This document shows, one piece after another, positions 49,228-61,589 of a stretch of 64,000 bases of DNA (the stretch's first letter is position 1; every line of letters starts with the position of its first letter). The notes below the pieces were generated by a model, which did no database searches, was not told the DNA's origin, and saw nothing but the letters and a program-made list of their open reading frames with translations. A program made the position numbers and the translations under genes. Origin of the DNA: Mustelus asterias (Eukaryota); NCBI RefSeq assembly GCF_964213995.1, contig NW_027590119.1:1364001-1428000 (forward strand), given 5' to 3'.

Positions 49228-49495
49228 ATGTCGAACCAGGAGAGAGTAGCCCCACCCAGCTGGACGATAGTGGAGAGGGATGGAGCAGAATGATGTGGGC
49301 GACCTTGCCAAAGGCTGCAAATAGGTCGAGGATAAAAAGGGAAAGTTCATTTTTGTTGCAGTCACATAGGATGTCAGTGCGGACTTTGATAAGAGCTGTT
49401 TCAGTAATGTGGCAAGGCAGAAACCTGATTGAAGAATTCAAATGTGGAGTTCTGGGAAAGATGGCCTTGGGTTTTGGGAGAAGACAAAACATTCA
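49228..49495 (-). mobile_element. Old L2-type RT fragment
   Basis: TETALIKVRTDIL...LDLFAAFGKVAH resembles the L2 motif STETAL...LDLSAAFDTVDH. Confidence 0.7.
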
Positions 49496-49499
49496 GAAT

Positions 49500-50390
49500 G
49501 AATGAGGGGGCGGGGCTGGAGGACCGAGCGAGAGCGGCTGGTCCTCCAACCAATCGGAGTGAATGAGGGGCGGGGCTGAGGGCGAGTTGCACTGTGGGGA
49601 TCTGGAGCATGCGCAGTGCCGATCACTGAGGATTGAGGCGGTTGAGGAAATATTCAGTCCGGGCGATAACACCGGGTAAATCAGGAATGAGTGATGGAGC
49701 CGGTGGGTGGGCGGACTTGGAGGCTTCATAAAAGTCCCGTGTAGGCCGCAAGCCCCCAATAGGAAGCTCGAATTCGATATTTGAACCGTTGAAAGGTTGT
49801 TCGGGCTTTTCCCCCGATTCAGGCCCGGGTGAACGACCGCCATCTTGACAGTGTGCGGCCGAGCGCGCGCGCAGACAGAGGGAGCTCCATGCTCAGCCCC
49901 CTCCGCCCCGATTCAGTCTGATTGGTTGGAGGACCAGCCGCTTGTGCTCGGTCCTCCAGCCCCGCCCCCTCCTCCTATTGGTCCGGAGCTGCCGTCAATC
50001 AGCTCCCGGGCATTGTGATGTGGAGCATGCGCAGTGTCATTGCTGTCCTTGTCCCGGAGAAGCGGAGTCAGCGTTAGGCGGTGGCTGGGAGGATTTGGAA
50101 ACACTTTGTGGATCCGCAAACCCTTCAGAATCATTGTCAGCTCCCTGGTTTGCAGCTGCGGGGCTTCTCCCTCCCTCCCTCCCGGGAACAGGCCCAGGTT
50201 AACGGCCCCATCCTGGCTCAGCCACTGGAGGATGGTTCACATCAGAGGATGGGGGAGGGGGACAATAAATAAGAGGTTACACTTTGGCCTCAAATCAATG
50301 AGGACTCTGATCTCTGGGAAGGAAGGAAACCCTGGGAGGTGGGCGGGGAGGATTCACAAACACCCGCTGGAGGCCCCAACACCCCCAGTA
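49500..50390. promoter_or_regulatory. Two promoter cores in opposite orientation (P7, P8) plus leader
   Basis: Dyads at 49517-49548 and 49927-49958; NRF1, CCAAT, GC and YY1 (CGCCATCTT) motifs; leader 50050-50390 near-identical to 38050-38390. Confidence 0.75.
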
Positions 50391-51274
50391 AAAAGCTGCA
50401 GCTCCCGGGTTTGCAGCTTTTTCCCGGGAGAGAGTTGGGGAAGTTTTGTGGAGACAATTCCCGGCTGGTTCAGTTAGTGGTCAATGAAGCTCAGAAATCC
50501 TGAGTCAGGATCCTCATTGGGTGGTTGTTTTATTAAAATATTATTATTCATCTGTTGAAGAAAATATTAATTTGTTTTGAAGAATCATTTTTATAGCGTT
50601 TGTGAAAATGTCCATTAAAATAGCCATTTTTCCAATGTATTTCTGATGAGAATTTTAATATTACTGATTTGGGAATTGATTCTCGGGAATGGTCATTCTG
50701 AAAATGATTATGTTTTAATTTACTCCATAATGCCAGAAGTCAGTTTGTATTTCAAATGTAATTTAGAATATCTGGGAGCAAATGTTAAAATGAGGTTTGA
50801 GACACCAGCTGCCATTACTTCCTGTGACTGATGATACCTTTGTGCCTGTGCAGGAGGTAATTCCCCTGGTGCTGTGGCACAAATAAAATGGAGCCTTTCC
50901 TCGGAACAGGTCCGTGTTAACGGTCACCGTGTTGTTTCAGTGGTGAGCAGGGGACGTGTGGCCATTGTGGTAACAACAGAGTCGGTGGGACTTCATGTCC
51001 CCTGACCTTAAAAGAAAATAATTGACTCCTTGGTTGTACAGTCAATCTGCACATGGTCTGGAGAACTGAATCCAGCCAGAGTGACAAGGCAGAGGGAGCT
51101 GGTCTCAGAGTGGAGACATGAAATGGTGGAGATGGGGCAAGGAGTTTGATTTAGACCAGGGACAAGAGAGAGTGTGTGGGATGGAGATTATAGCTCAAGA
51201 TAAATGAGATGAAGAAGTGTTCCATGGAAACTCGAATTGTCTGTTATGAATTCGTTTTTTAAGCTCTTTTTGCA

Positions 51275-52515
<1,241 letters not shown>

Positions 52516-52639
52516 TATTCTGACAATATTGGTTTGTTTCTGCTGACATTAACAATCCCTACAACTGGAATTCTGCTTTAATATTTAGTTTAATATTTCA
52601 CAATCCACAGAATAGATATATTCAAACAAGAATGAACAA

Positions 52640-53528
52640 TGTTGTGGGTTTAATCTCAGTTGTTTGGATTTAATCTCAGTTGTTTGGATTTAATCTCAGT
52701 TGTTTGGGTTTAAACCCAGTTGTTGTGGGTTTAATCTCAGTTGTTTGGATTTAATCTCAGTTGTTTGGGTTTACTCTCCGTTATTTGGGTTTAATCTCAG
52801 TGGTTTGGGTTTAATATCAGTTGTTTGGATTTAATCTCAGTTGTTGTGGGTTTAATCTCAGTTGTTTGGATTTACTCTCCGTTATTTGGGTTTAATCTCA
52901 GTGGTTTGGGTTTAATATCAGTTGTTTGGATTTAATCTCAGTTGTTTGGATTTAATCTCAGTTGTTTGGATTTAATCTCAGTTGTTTGGGTTTAATCTCA
53001 GTTGTTTGGGTTTAATCTCAGTTGTTTGGGTTTAATCTCAGTTGTTTGGGTTTAATCTCAGTTGTTTGGGTTTAATCTCAGTTGTTTGGGTTTAATCTCA
53101 GTTGTTTGGATTTAATATCAGTTGTTTGGGTTTAATCTCAGTTGTTTGGGTTTAATCTCAGTTGTTTGGGTTTAATCTCAGTTGTTTGGGTTTAATCTCA
53201 GTTGTTTGGGTTTAATATCAGTTGTTTGGGTTTAATATCAGTTGTTTGGGTTTAATATCAGTTGTTTGGATTTAATCTCAGTTGTTTGGGTTTAATATCA
53301 GTTGTTTGGGTTTAATATCAGTTGTTCTGGGTTTAATCTCAGTTGTTTGGGTTTAATATCAGTTGTTTAGGTTTAATCTCAGTTGTTTTGGGTTTAATCT
53401 CAGTTGTTTGGGTTTAATATCAGTTGTTCTGGGTTTAATCTCAGTTGTTCTGGGTTTAATATCAGTTGTTTGGGTTTAATCTCAGTTGTTTGGGTTTAAT
53501 CTCAGTTGTTTGGGTTTAATATCAGTTG
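52640..53528. repeat. 20-bp satellite, ~44 copies (GTTGTTTGGGTTTAATCTCA)
   Basis: Direct inspection. Confidence 0.97.
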
Positions 53529-53869
53529 TTAATATCAGGGATTTGTTCCCAGGAGCAGGCTGAGGGTAAGAGAGTGGGTTTTCTGACTTTAATTAATTAT
53601 TTATTTTTTCAGTTAATTTTGGGTTTAAAATCGGAGGTTTTTTTCAAAACCGGAAGTCGGGCCAGGAGAGGCCTGGGGAAGTTTTTGGAGGGTTTAAAAG
53701 CGCACCAAAGTATACAGCGGGCAGCATCGTAGCGGGCAGCAGAGTGAGTGGGAAGTTGAGTGAGCTGTCAGGGCTTTGGCTCACAGGGCTTGGACGAGCA
53801 GGGGTGAGTTTTTGTTTCCTTACACTCTTATTAACTTTTCACTGTCTTACTTGACATAAAGTGTCCAGT

Positions 53870-54799
53870 ATGAGTGTGAAACCAGTGTGTTGTTCCCAGT
53901 GTAGGATGTGGGAGGTCCTGGAGGCATCTGGCCTCCCGGACATCCACATCTGTGAGGGGTGTGTCGAGCTGCGGTTCCTGAGGGACTGTGTTAGGGAGCT
54001 GGAACTGCAGCTCGAGGATCTTAGGCTGATGAGGGAGAATGAGGAGGTGATAGACAAGAGCTATCATCAGGTGGACACACCAGGGCAACGGGAGGAGGCC
54101 AAGTGGGTGATGGCCAGGAAGGGTAAGGCTAGGGTGGTTGAGAGCACCCCAGTGGATTTGCCTCTGCACAACAAGTACTCCTGCTTGAGTACTGCTGGGG
54201 GGGACAGCCCGCCTGGGGGAAGCAGCAGTGGCCGTGTCTCCGCAGTGGAGTCCAGCCCTGTAACTCAGAGGGCTAAGGAAAAGAGGAGGAAGGCGGTATT
54301 AATCGGGGACTCGATGGTGAAGGGGACAGACAGGCGTTTCTGCGGAGGTAGGCGGGATTCTCGCATGGTGGTCTGCCTCCCTGGGGCCGGGATCCAGGAT
54401 GTCGCTAGTCGCGTCCCGGAAATCCTGAGGTGGGAGGGAGAGGAGCCTGAGGTAGCGGTACATATTGGTACCGCTGATGTGGGTAGGAAGGGAGAAGGGG
54501 TCATGAAAAGGGAGTACAGGGAATTAGGGAGACAGCTGAGAAAGAGGAAAGCAAAGGTAGTAATCTCAGGATTACTACCTGTGCCACGGGAAGGTGAGGG
54601 CAGGAATGGAGTGAGGTGGAAGATGAATGTGTGGCTGAGGGACTGGTGCAGGGGGCAGGGATTCAGGTTCCTGGACCATTGGGACCTCTTTAGGGGCAGG
54701 GGTGATCTGTATACAAAAAACGGGTGGAACTTGAATCACACGGGGACCAATATCCTGGCCGGTAGGTTGGCTAAGGTTACTGGGGAGAATTTAAACTAG
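53870..54799 (+). CDS. CR1 ORF1p: Cys zinc motif, coiled coil and SGNH-esterase-like domain
   Basis: CSQC...CEGC, LRDCVRELELQLEDL, LIGDS, CLPGA, VHIGT. Confidence 0.9.
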   Translation: MSVKPVCCSQCRMWEVLEASGLPDIHICEGCVELRFLRDCVRELELQLEDLRLMRENEEVIDKSYHQVDTPGQREEAKWVMARKGKARVVESTPVDLPLHNKYSCLSTAGGDSPPGGSSSGRVSAVESSPVTQRAKEKRRKAVLIGDSMVKGTDRRFCGGRRDSRMVVCLPGAGIQDVASRVPEILRWEGEEPEVAVHIGTADVGRKGEGVMKREYRELGRQLRKRKAKVVISGLLPVPREGEGRNGVRWKMNVWLRDWCRGQGFRFLDHWDLFRGRGDLYTKNGWNLNHTGTNILAGRLAKVTGENLN

Positions 54800-54804
54800 A
54801 TAGG

Positions 54805-57800
54805 TTGGGGGGAGGGGAGCTAGAAGAGTTGACTAGGATCAAGGAACTAATTGATGGGGTGGAGGATGCAGGGGTAAGGGGAATTACAAAATTAATGGTA
54901 GAGGAGAGGGTGCAAGTGAATGAAGGCGGTAATTTAGATAAGGGAGTAGAGGGAGAGGGTGTTCGTGACTCATCAAAGCGGGTCCAGATAAAAGCTGGAA
55001 TAAGGACACTTTGCCTGAATGCACGAAGCATTCGGAACAAGGTAAATGAGTTGATGGTGCAAATCAGCACGAGTGGGTACGATCTAGTGGCCATTACAGA
55101 AACGTGGCTGAAAGGTGACCAGGACTGGGAGATGAATATCCAGGGGTATCAGGCGTTTAGGAAGAATAGACAGGAAGGAAAAGGTGGTGGGGTCGCGCTA
55201 TTAATAAGAGATAATATCAGGGTAGTACTGAGGGATGACATAGGCTCTGAGGAACAAAACGTGGAATCATTATGGGTAGAGATGAGGAATAGTAGAGGGA
55301 GAAAGACACTAGTAGGTGTGGTATATAGGCCCCCAAATAATAATGTTGAGGTAGGGAGGGCTATAAACAAGCAGATAAGGGATGCGTGTAAAAACGGAAC
55401 GGCAATAATCATGGGGGACTTCAACATGCACATTGACTGGCAGACTCAAGTCGGTAAGGGTGGAATGGAGGAAGAGTTCTTAGAATGCTGTCGGAATAGT
55501 TTCCTTGAACAGCATGTTACGGAACCGACGAGGGAACGAGCTATTTTGGATCTGGTATTGTGTAACGAGGTAGGTAGAATTAAGGATCTTATTGTGAAGG
55601 ACCCTCTTGGGTCTAGTGACCACAATATGGTCGAATTTCTGATTCAGATGGAAGAGGAGAAAGTTTGGTCCCAAACCAGTGTCCTCTGTTTGAACAGAGG
55701 GAAATATGATAGGATGAGGGATGAATTGGCTAAGGTAGACTGGGAGAGCAGGCTGGCAGGTAGGATAGCTGAGGAACAGTGGAGGATTTTTAAGGAGATC
55801 CTTTTCAGTTCTCAGCAAAAATATATTCCAGCAAAAAACAAGGATTGCAAGAAAAGGGAGAACCAGCCGTGGATAACGAAGGAAATAAAGGAGAGTATTA
55901 AAATAAAAACAGCTGCGTACAGAGTGGCCAAAAATAGTGGAGAAACAAGTGATTGGGAAAAATTTAAGAAACAACAAAGAGAGACTAAGAAAGCGATAAA
56001 GAAAGGAAGGATAGACTATGAAGCTAGGCTAGCAATTAATATAAAAAATGATAGTAAAAGTTTTTATAAATATATAAAAAGGAATAGAGTGGCTAGAGTG
56101 AATGTTGGACCCTTGGAGGACGAGAGGGGGGAGTTAATAGTGGGAAATGAGGATATGGCTGAGTCTTTAAATAAGTTTTTTGTGTCGGTCTTCACGGTGG
56201 AGGACACAAATAGTTTGCCAAATATTAATGATAGAGGGTTGGCAGCAGGAGAAATACTTAATACAATTAATGTTACCAGAGAGGCAGTGCTGGGTAGACT
56301 AATGGGACTGAAGGTGGATAAGTCCCCGGGTCCGGATGGAATGCATCCCAGGGTATTGAAAGAAATGTCAGAGGTAATAGTGGATGCGTTAGTGATTATT
56401 TATCAAAACTCGTTGCATTCTGGGGTAGTGCCGGTTGATTGGAAAACGGCTAATGTTACGCCGCTGTTTAAAAAAGGAAGGAGACAAAAGGCGGGTAACT
56501 ATAGGCCGGTCAGCTTAACGTCTGTAGTAGGGAAAATGCTGGAATCCATTATTAAAGAGGAGATAGCAGGGCATCTGGATAGAAATGGTTCGATCAATCA
56601 GACGCAGCATGGATTCATGAGGGGAAAGTCGTGCTTGACGAACATGTTGGATTTTTATGAAGATGTGACTAGGGCGGTTGATGGAGGAGAACCGGTGGAT
56701 GCGGTGTTTTTGGATTTCCAAAAGGCGTTTGATAAGGTGCCCCATAAAAGGCTACTGAAGAAGATTAGGGCACACGGAGTTGGGGGTAGCGTGTTAAAGT
56801 GGATTGGGGACTGGCTATCCGACAGGAAGCAAAGAGTCGGAATAAATGGGTGTTTTTCCGGTTGGAGGAAGGTAACTAGTGGCGTGCCGCAGGGATCGGT
56901 ACTCGGGCTGCAACTATTTACCATTTATATAGATGATCTGGAGGAGGGGACGGAGTGTAGGGTAACGAAGTTTGCAGACGACACAAAGATAAGTGGAAAA
57001 GTGAATCGTGTGGAGGACGGAGAAGATCTGCAGAGAGATTTGGACAGGCTGAGTGAGTGGGCGAGGATATGGCAAATGGAGTATAACGTTGAGAAATGCG
57101 AGGTTATACACTTTGGAGGAAATAATAACAAATGGGATTACTATCTCAATGGAAACAAATTAAAACATGCTACCGTGCAAAGGGACCTGGGGGTCCTTGT
57201 GCATGAGACGCAAAAGCCTAGTCTGCAGGTACAACAGGTGATCAAGAAGGCAAATGGGATGTTGGCCTATATTGCGAAGGGGATAGAATATAAAAGCAGG
57301 AATGTCTTGATGCACCTGTACAGGGCATTGGTGAGGCCGCAGCTGGAATACTGTGTGCAGTATTGGTCCCCTTATATGAGGAAGGATATATTGGCATTGG
57401 AGGGAGTGCAGAGAAGGTTCACCAGGTTGATACCGGAGATGAGGGGTTTGGATTATGAGGAGAGGCTGAGGAGATTGGGTTTGTACTCGTTGGAGTTTAG
57501 AAGGATGAGGGGGGATCTTATGGAGACTTATAAGATAATGCGGGGGCTGGATAGGGTGGAGGCGGAGAGATTCTTTCCACTTAGTAAGGAAGTTAAAACT
57601 AGAGGACACAGCCTCAAAATAAAGGGGGGTCGGTTTAAGACAGAGTTGAGGAGGAACTTCTTCTCCCAGAGGGTGGTGAATCTCTGGAATTCTCTGCCCG
57701 CTGAGGTGGTGGAGGCTACCTCGCTGAATATGTTTAAAGCGCGGATGGATGGATTCCTGATCGGTAAGGGAATTAAGGGTTATGGGGATCAGGCGGGTAA

Positions 57801-57810
57801 GTGGTACTGA
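54805..57810 (+). CDS. CR1 ORF2p: APE endonuclease plus reverse transcriptase (~1000 aa)
   Basis: LNARS, ITETW, GDFN, SDH; KSPGPD, LDFQKAFDKV, KFADDTK; no stops. First in-frame ATG at 54895; true start uncertain. Confidence 0.93.
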   Translation: MGGGELEELTRIKELIDGVEDAGVRGITKLMVEERVQVNEGGNLDKGVEGEGVRDSSKRVQIKAGIRTLCLNARSIRNKVNELMVQISTSGYDLVAITETWLKGDQDWEMNIQGYQAFRKNRQEGKGGGVALLIRDNIRVVLRDDIGSEEQNVESLWVEMRNSRGRKTLVGVVYRPPNNNVEVGRAINKQIRDACKNGTAIIMGDFNMHIDWQTQVGKGGMEEEFLECCRNSFLEQHVTEPTRERAILDLVLCNEVGRIKDLIVKDPLGSSDHNMVEFLIQMEEEKVWSQTSVLCLNRGKYDRMRDELAKVDWESRLAGRIAEEQWRIFKEILFSSQQKYIPAKNKDCKKRENQPWITKEIKESIKIKTAAYRVAKNSGETSDWEKFKKQQRETKKAIKKGRIDYEARLAINIKNDSKSFYKYIKRNRVARVNVGPLEDERGELIVGNEDMAESLNKFFVSVFTVEDTNSLPNINDRGLAAGEILNTINVTREAVLGRLMGLKVDKSPGPDGMHPRVLKEMSEVIVDALVIIYQNSLHSGVVPVDWKTANVTPLFKKGRRQKAGNYRPVSLTSVVGKMLESIIKEEIAGHLDRNGSINQTQHGFMRGKSCLTNMLDFYEDVTRAVDGGEPVDAVFLDFQKAFDKVPHKRLLKKIRAHGVGGSVLKWIGDWLSDRKQRVGINGCFSGWRKVTSGVPQGSVLGLQLFTIYIDDLEEGTECRVTKFADDTKISGKVNRVEDGEDLQRDLDRLSEWARIWQMEYNVEKCEVIHFGGNNNKWDYYLNGNKLKHATVQRDLGVLVHETQKPSLQVQQVIKKANGMLAYIAKGIEYKSRNVLMHLYRALVRPQLEYCVQYWSPYMRKDILALEGVQRRFTRLIPEMRGLDYEERLRRLGLYSLEFRRMRGDLMETYKIMRGLDRVEAERFFPLSKEVKTRGHSLKIKGGRFKTELRRNFFSQRVVNLWNSLPAEVVEATSLNMFKARMDGFLIGKGIKGYGDQAGKWY

Positions 57811-58209
57811 TCCACGTCAGATCAGCCATGATCTTATTGAATGGCGGGGCAGGCTCGAGGGGCTAGATGGCCTACTCCTGCTCCTATTTCTTATGTTCTT
57901 ATGTTCTTTAATATTCTGAGATGTCACTGATTTTCAGGGCTGTTGTGTCCCCTTTTAAACGTACTATCTGTGATTTTTTTTTTTGTTTTATTCAGGAACT
58001 TGTTTATAATACATTTTCCTTCAATCTGAAATTGACATTTGGTACAAACTACAATTCAGTGTCTGAAAGATTCCACTGATTAAGATTTCCAATGAGAAAA
58101 TGCTGACAATTCTTACTGACTTACACATTCTTCACAGTGAAACTTCCACGATCACATTTAATTATCAAGGAACATAAAACAATGCACAGATACTTGTTGG
58201 TACTGAACT

Positions 58210-58600
58210 TGAATATTGCTGACAAGAGAGACATGTTGCTGAATCTTTTCAGCATGCACTCATCAGGACAAATGGAAGAATGCCAAATTTTAAATGATTG
58301 CAATTTATACTACAGGAGAAAAGGGTGCTAATTGGTGGACTCTCATTGACTTGAAGCTTTGCCATGGAGAAACCAATAGGAGACTGTAGGTTTCTCAAGC
58401 TTCTGGGAAATTCAAAAAAGGTGCAAGGCTTTTGTTTGCAGGGAAAGGATCGCTGCGTATGTATGTATGTCAGTCACTTCTCGCAAATATAACTGAGCCG
58501 TATTATGAACTCGACTGATTATCTTCAATTGATTGAGTGTAGCTATTAGCACACTCAGGATTGTTCAGCAAGTGCTGCCCAATCTGTAATCACAGTAAAC
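58210..58600 (-). mobile_element. Degenerate Penelope-type 3' fragment (second family)
   Basis: Minus strand reads IGQHLLNNPECANSY...KIISRVHN...CKQK (GIY-YIG C-terminus) followed by ttgtcCTGATGAgtgcatgctGAAAagattc. Confidence 0.6.
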
Positions 58601-58719
58601 ATTGTATTTTTGGTTTTGAGAGTGTGGGCTGCTGAAAAGGAAATCACGACCCATTATGAACAAATCAAGGAATATGCTGTTTTATTCTGTCAGCCATTTA
58701 CTGGGCGAGCCGGCACTGT

Positions 58720-60623
58720 AATGTTCACCATTTTATATTCAAATCTGGGGGGGATAATGTTCACTGTTTTATATTCGGGTCTGGGGGGGATAATGTTCAC
58801 TGTTTTATATTCGGGTCTGGGGGATAATGTTCACTGTTTTATATTCGGGTCTGGGGGGGATAATGTTCACTGTTTTCTATTCGGGTCTGGGGGATAATGT
58901 TCACTGTTTTATATTCGGGTCTGGGGGATAATGTTCACTGTTTTATATTCGGGTCTGGGAGATAATGTTCATTGGTTTAAATTTGGGTCTGGGGGGGATA
59001 ATGTTCACTGTTTTATATTCGGGTCTGGGGGATAATGTTCACTGTTTCATATTCGGGTCTGGGGGTGATAATGTTCACTGTTTTATATTTGAGTCTGGGG
59101 GGGATAATGTTCACTGTTTTATATTCGGGTCTGGGGGAGAATGTTCACTGTTTTATATTTGGGTCTGGGGGATAATGTTCACTTTTATATTCGGGTCTGG
59201 GGGTGATAATGTTCACTGTTTCATATTTGGGTCTGGGGGTGATAATGTTCACTGTTTCATATTCGGGTCTGGGGGGGATAATGTTCACTGTTTTATATTC
59301 GGGTCTGGGGGGGATAATGTTCACTGTTTTATATTCGGGTCTGGGGGGGATAATGTTCACTGTTTTATATTCGGGTCTGGGGGATAATGTTCACTGTTTT
59401 ATATTCGGGTCTGGGGGATAATGTTCACTGTTTTATATTCGGGTCTGGGGGGGATAATGTTCACTGTTTCATATTCGGGTCTGGGGGTGATAATGTTCAC
59501 TGTTTTATATTTGGGTCTGGGGGATAATGTTCACTGTTTTATATTCGGGTCTGGGGGGGATAATGTTCACTGTTTTATATTCGGGTCTGGGGGGGATAAT
59601 GTTCACTGTTTTATATTCGGGTCTGGGGGTGATAATGTTCACTGTTTTATATTCGGGTCTGGGGGATAATGTTCACTGTTTTATATTCGGATCTGGGGGA
59701 TAATGTTCACTGTTTTATATTCGGGTCTGGGGGGGATAATGTTCACTGTTTTATATTCGGGTCTGGGGGATAATGTTCACTGTTTTATATTCGGGTCTGG
59801 GGGATAATGTTCACTGTTTTATATTTGGGTCTGGGAGATAATGTTCACTGTTTTATATTCGGGTCTGGGGAGGATAATGTTCACTGTTTTATATTCGGGT
59901 CTGGGGGATAATGTTCACTGTTTTATATTCGGGTCTGGGGGGGATAATGTTCACTGTTTTATATTCGGGTCTGGGGAGGATAATGTTCACTGTTTTATTT
60001 TCGGGTCTGGGAGATAATGTTCACTGTTTTATATTGGGGTCTGGGGGGGATAATGTTCACTGTTTTATATTCAGGTCTGGGGGATAATGTTCACTGTTTT
60101 ATATTCGGGTCTGGGGGATAATGTTCACTGTTTTATATTCGGGTCTGGGGGGGATAATGTTCACTGTTTTATATTCGGGTCTGGGGGATAATGTTCACTG
60201 TTCTTTATTTGGGTCTGGGGGGGATAATGTTCACTGTTTTATATTCGGTCTGGGGGATAATGTTCACTGTTTTATATTCGGGTCTGGGGGAGTTAATGTT
60301 CACTGTTTTATATTCGGGTCTGGGGGATAATGTTCACTGTTTTATATTCGGGTCTGGGGGGGATAATGTTCACTGTTTTATATTCGGGTCTGGGGGGGAT
60401 AATGTTCACTGTTTTATATTTGGGTCTGGGGGGGATAATGTTCACTGTTTTATATTCGGGTCTGGGGGGATAATGTTCACTGTTTTATATTCGGGTCTGG
60501 GAGATAATGTTCACTGTTTTATATTCGGGTCTGGGGGGGATAATGTTCACTGTTTTATATTCGGGTCTGGGGGGGATAATGTTCACTGTTTTATATTCGG
60601 GTCTGGGAGATAATGTTCACTGT
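58720..60623. repeat. 32-34-bp satellite, ~57 copies (GATAATGTTCACTGTTTTATATTCGGGTCTG5-7)
   Basis: Direct inspection; unit length varies with the G run. Confidence 0.97.
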
Positions 60624-61589
60624 CTGGGGTTTGTTAGCTCGGGTTGATTCTGCCTACGGTGCATTCTCGGTTATCAGAGCTCTCATTAAAAGCCCTAATT
60701 TCCAGTCAGTGACTGAGTTGTCTCTGATGGGATGGAGAATCAGAGTGGGGGTAATGTGCTTCATGGACAGCGATGGGTGGGAGTGAGTATTAAATAAACC
60801 AGGACTACACCAAGTAATTTTGAGAACATTGAAACCATCACAAAATATCACAGCATCATGTTGGAAAACAGAATACTTTATCTGAATCTTTGATCAATTT
60901 TGTTTGATTCAATATTGTGAGTGACTTGTTGGATTGCTGGTTATTTTCTAAAGGCAGCTCAGCACCATCATTTTGACCATCAACTCGGCCCTGGTAACTG
61001 CTGTTTTTTCTCTGTACCTTCTGTTTTAATTTTAAGTGGAACCTTAATATTTGCTTGGTCCACCAGCCGATTGATCTTTCCAGGGGTGTGTGTCTGAGAA
61101 ATATACAACGAAAAACATTCTCTATTTACCTCCTGCATTGCTGCAGTAAATATACATTGTTCTGACTCTGCCAGCAAGGCTGTGGAATTAATTGGATCGA
61201 TCTTAAAGAGAGCCCGGCTGGGCAGGATAGAGTCACAGAGGTTTACAGCATGGAAACGTGAGCCAAATGGTTTCCATCTGTGATGTATCATTGCATAAAA
61301 CAGAATATTCAGTCTCAGGAGAAAGAAAGTGAAATAAACCAGTTTCTGGGGGATTTACCCAATCAGTATGAGCACCTTCAGGAGAGCAGAGAGGGGGGGG
61401 AGGGGGGAAACCAGTGAGAAATGTTTTAAAAACTCTGGGTATTCCCACAGGAGAGCACTGGTTTAAATCAATTTTAGAAATAGAGAATGGCAGTGCACAA
61501 ATTCAGAGGAATGTATTTTTAAAAATTAATTGATCTCAATTGCACAAGATAATTTTCTATTATGTCTTTGATTGACAATGGCGCTGTTA

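Larger units (their letters stand above)
53536..57907 (+). mobile_element. Full-length, apparently intact CR1 LINE
   Basis: 5' UTR with CCGGAAGT, two open ORFs, (TTCTTATG)n tail, candidate 7-bp TSD TTAATAT (53529-35 and 57908-14). Confidence 0.93.

Noticed and set aside
58610-60613. Repetitive ORFs (MFTVLYSGLGG, DNVHCFIFGSGG)
   Set aside because: Translations of the satellite; frame shifts with G-run length.
52640-60623. CRISPR-like arrays
   Set aside because: Head-to-tail repeats with no unique spacers, no cas genes, eukaryotic context.
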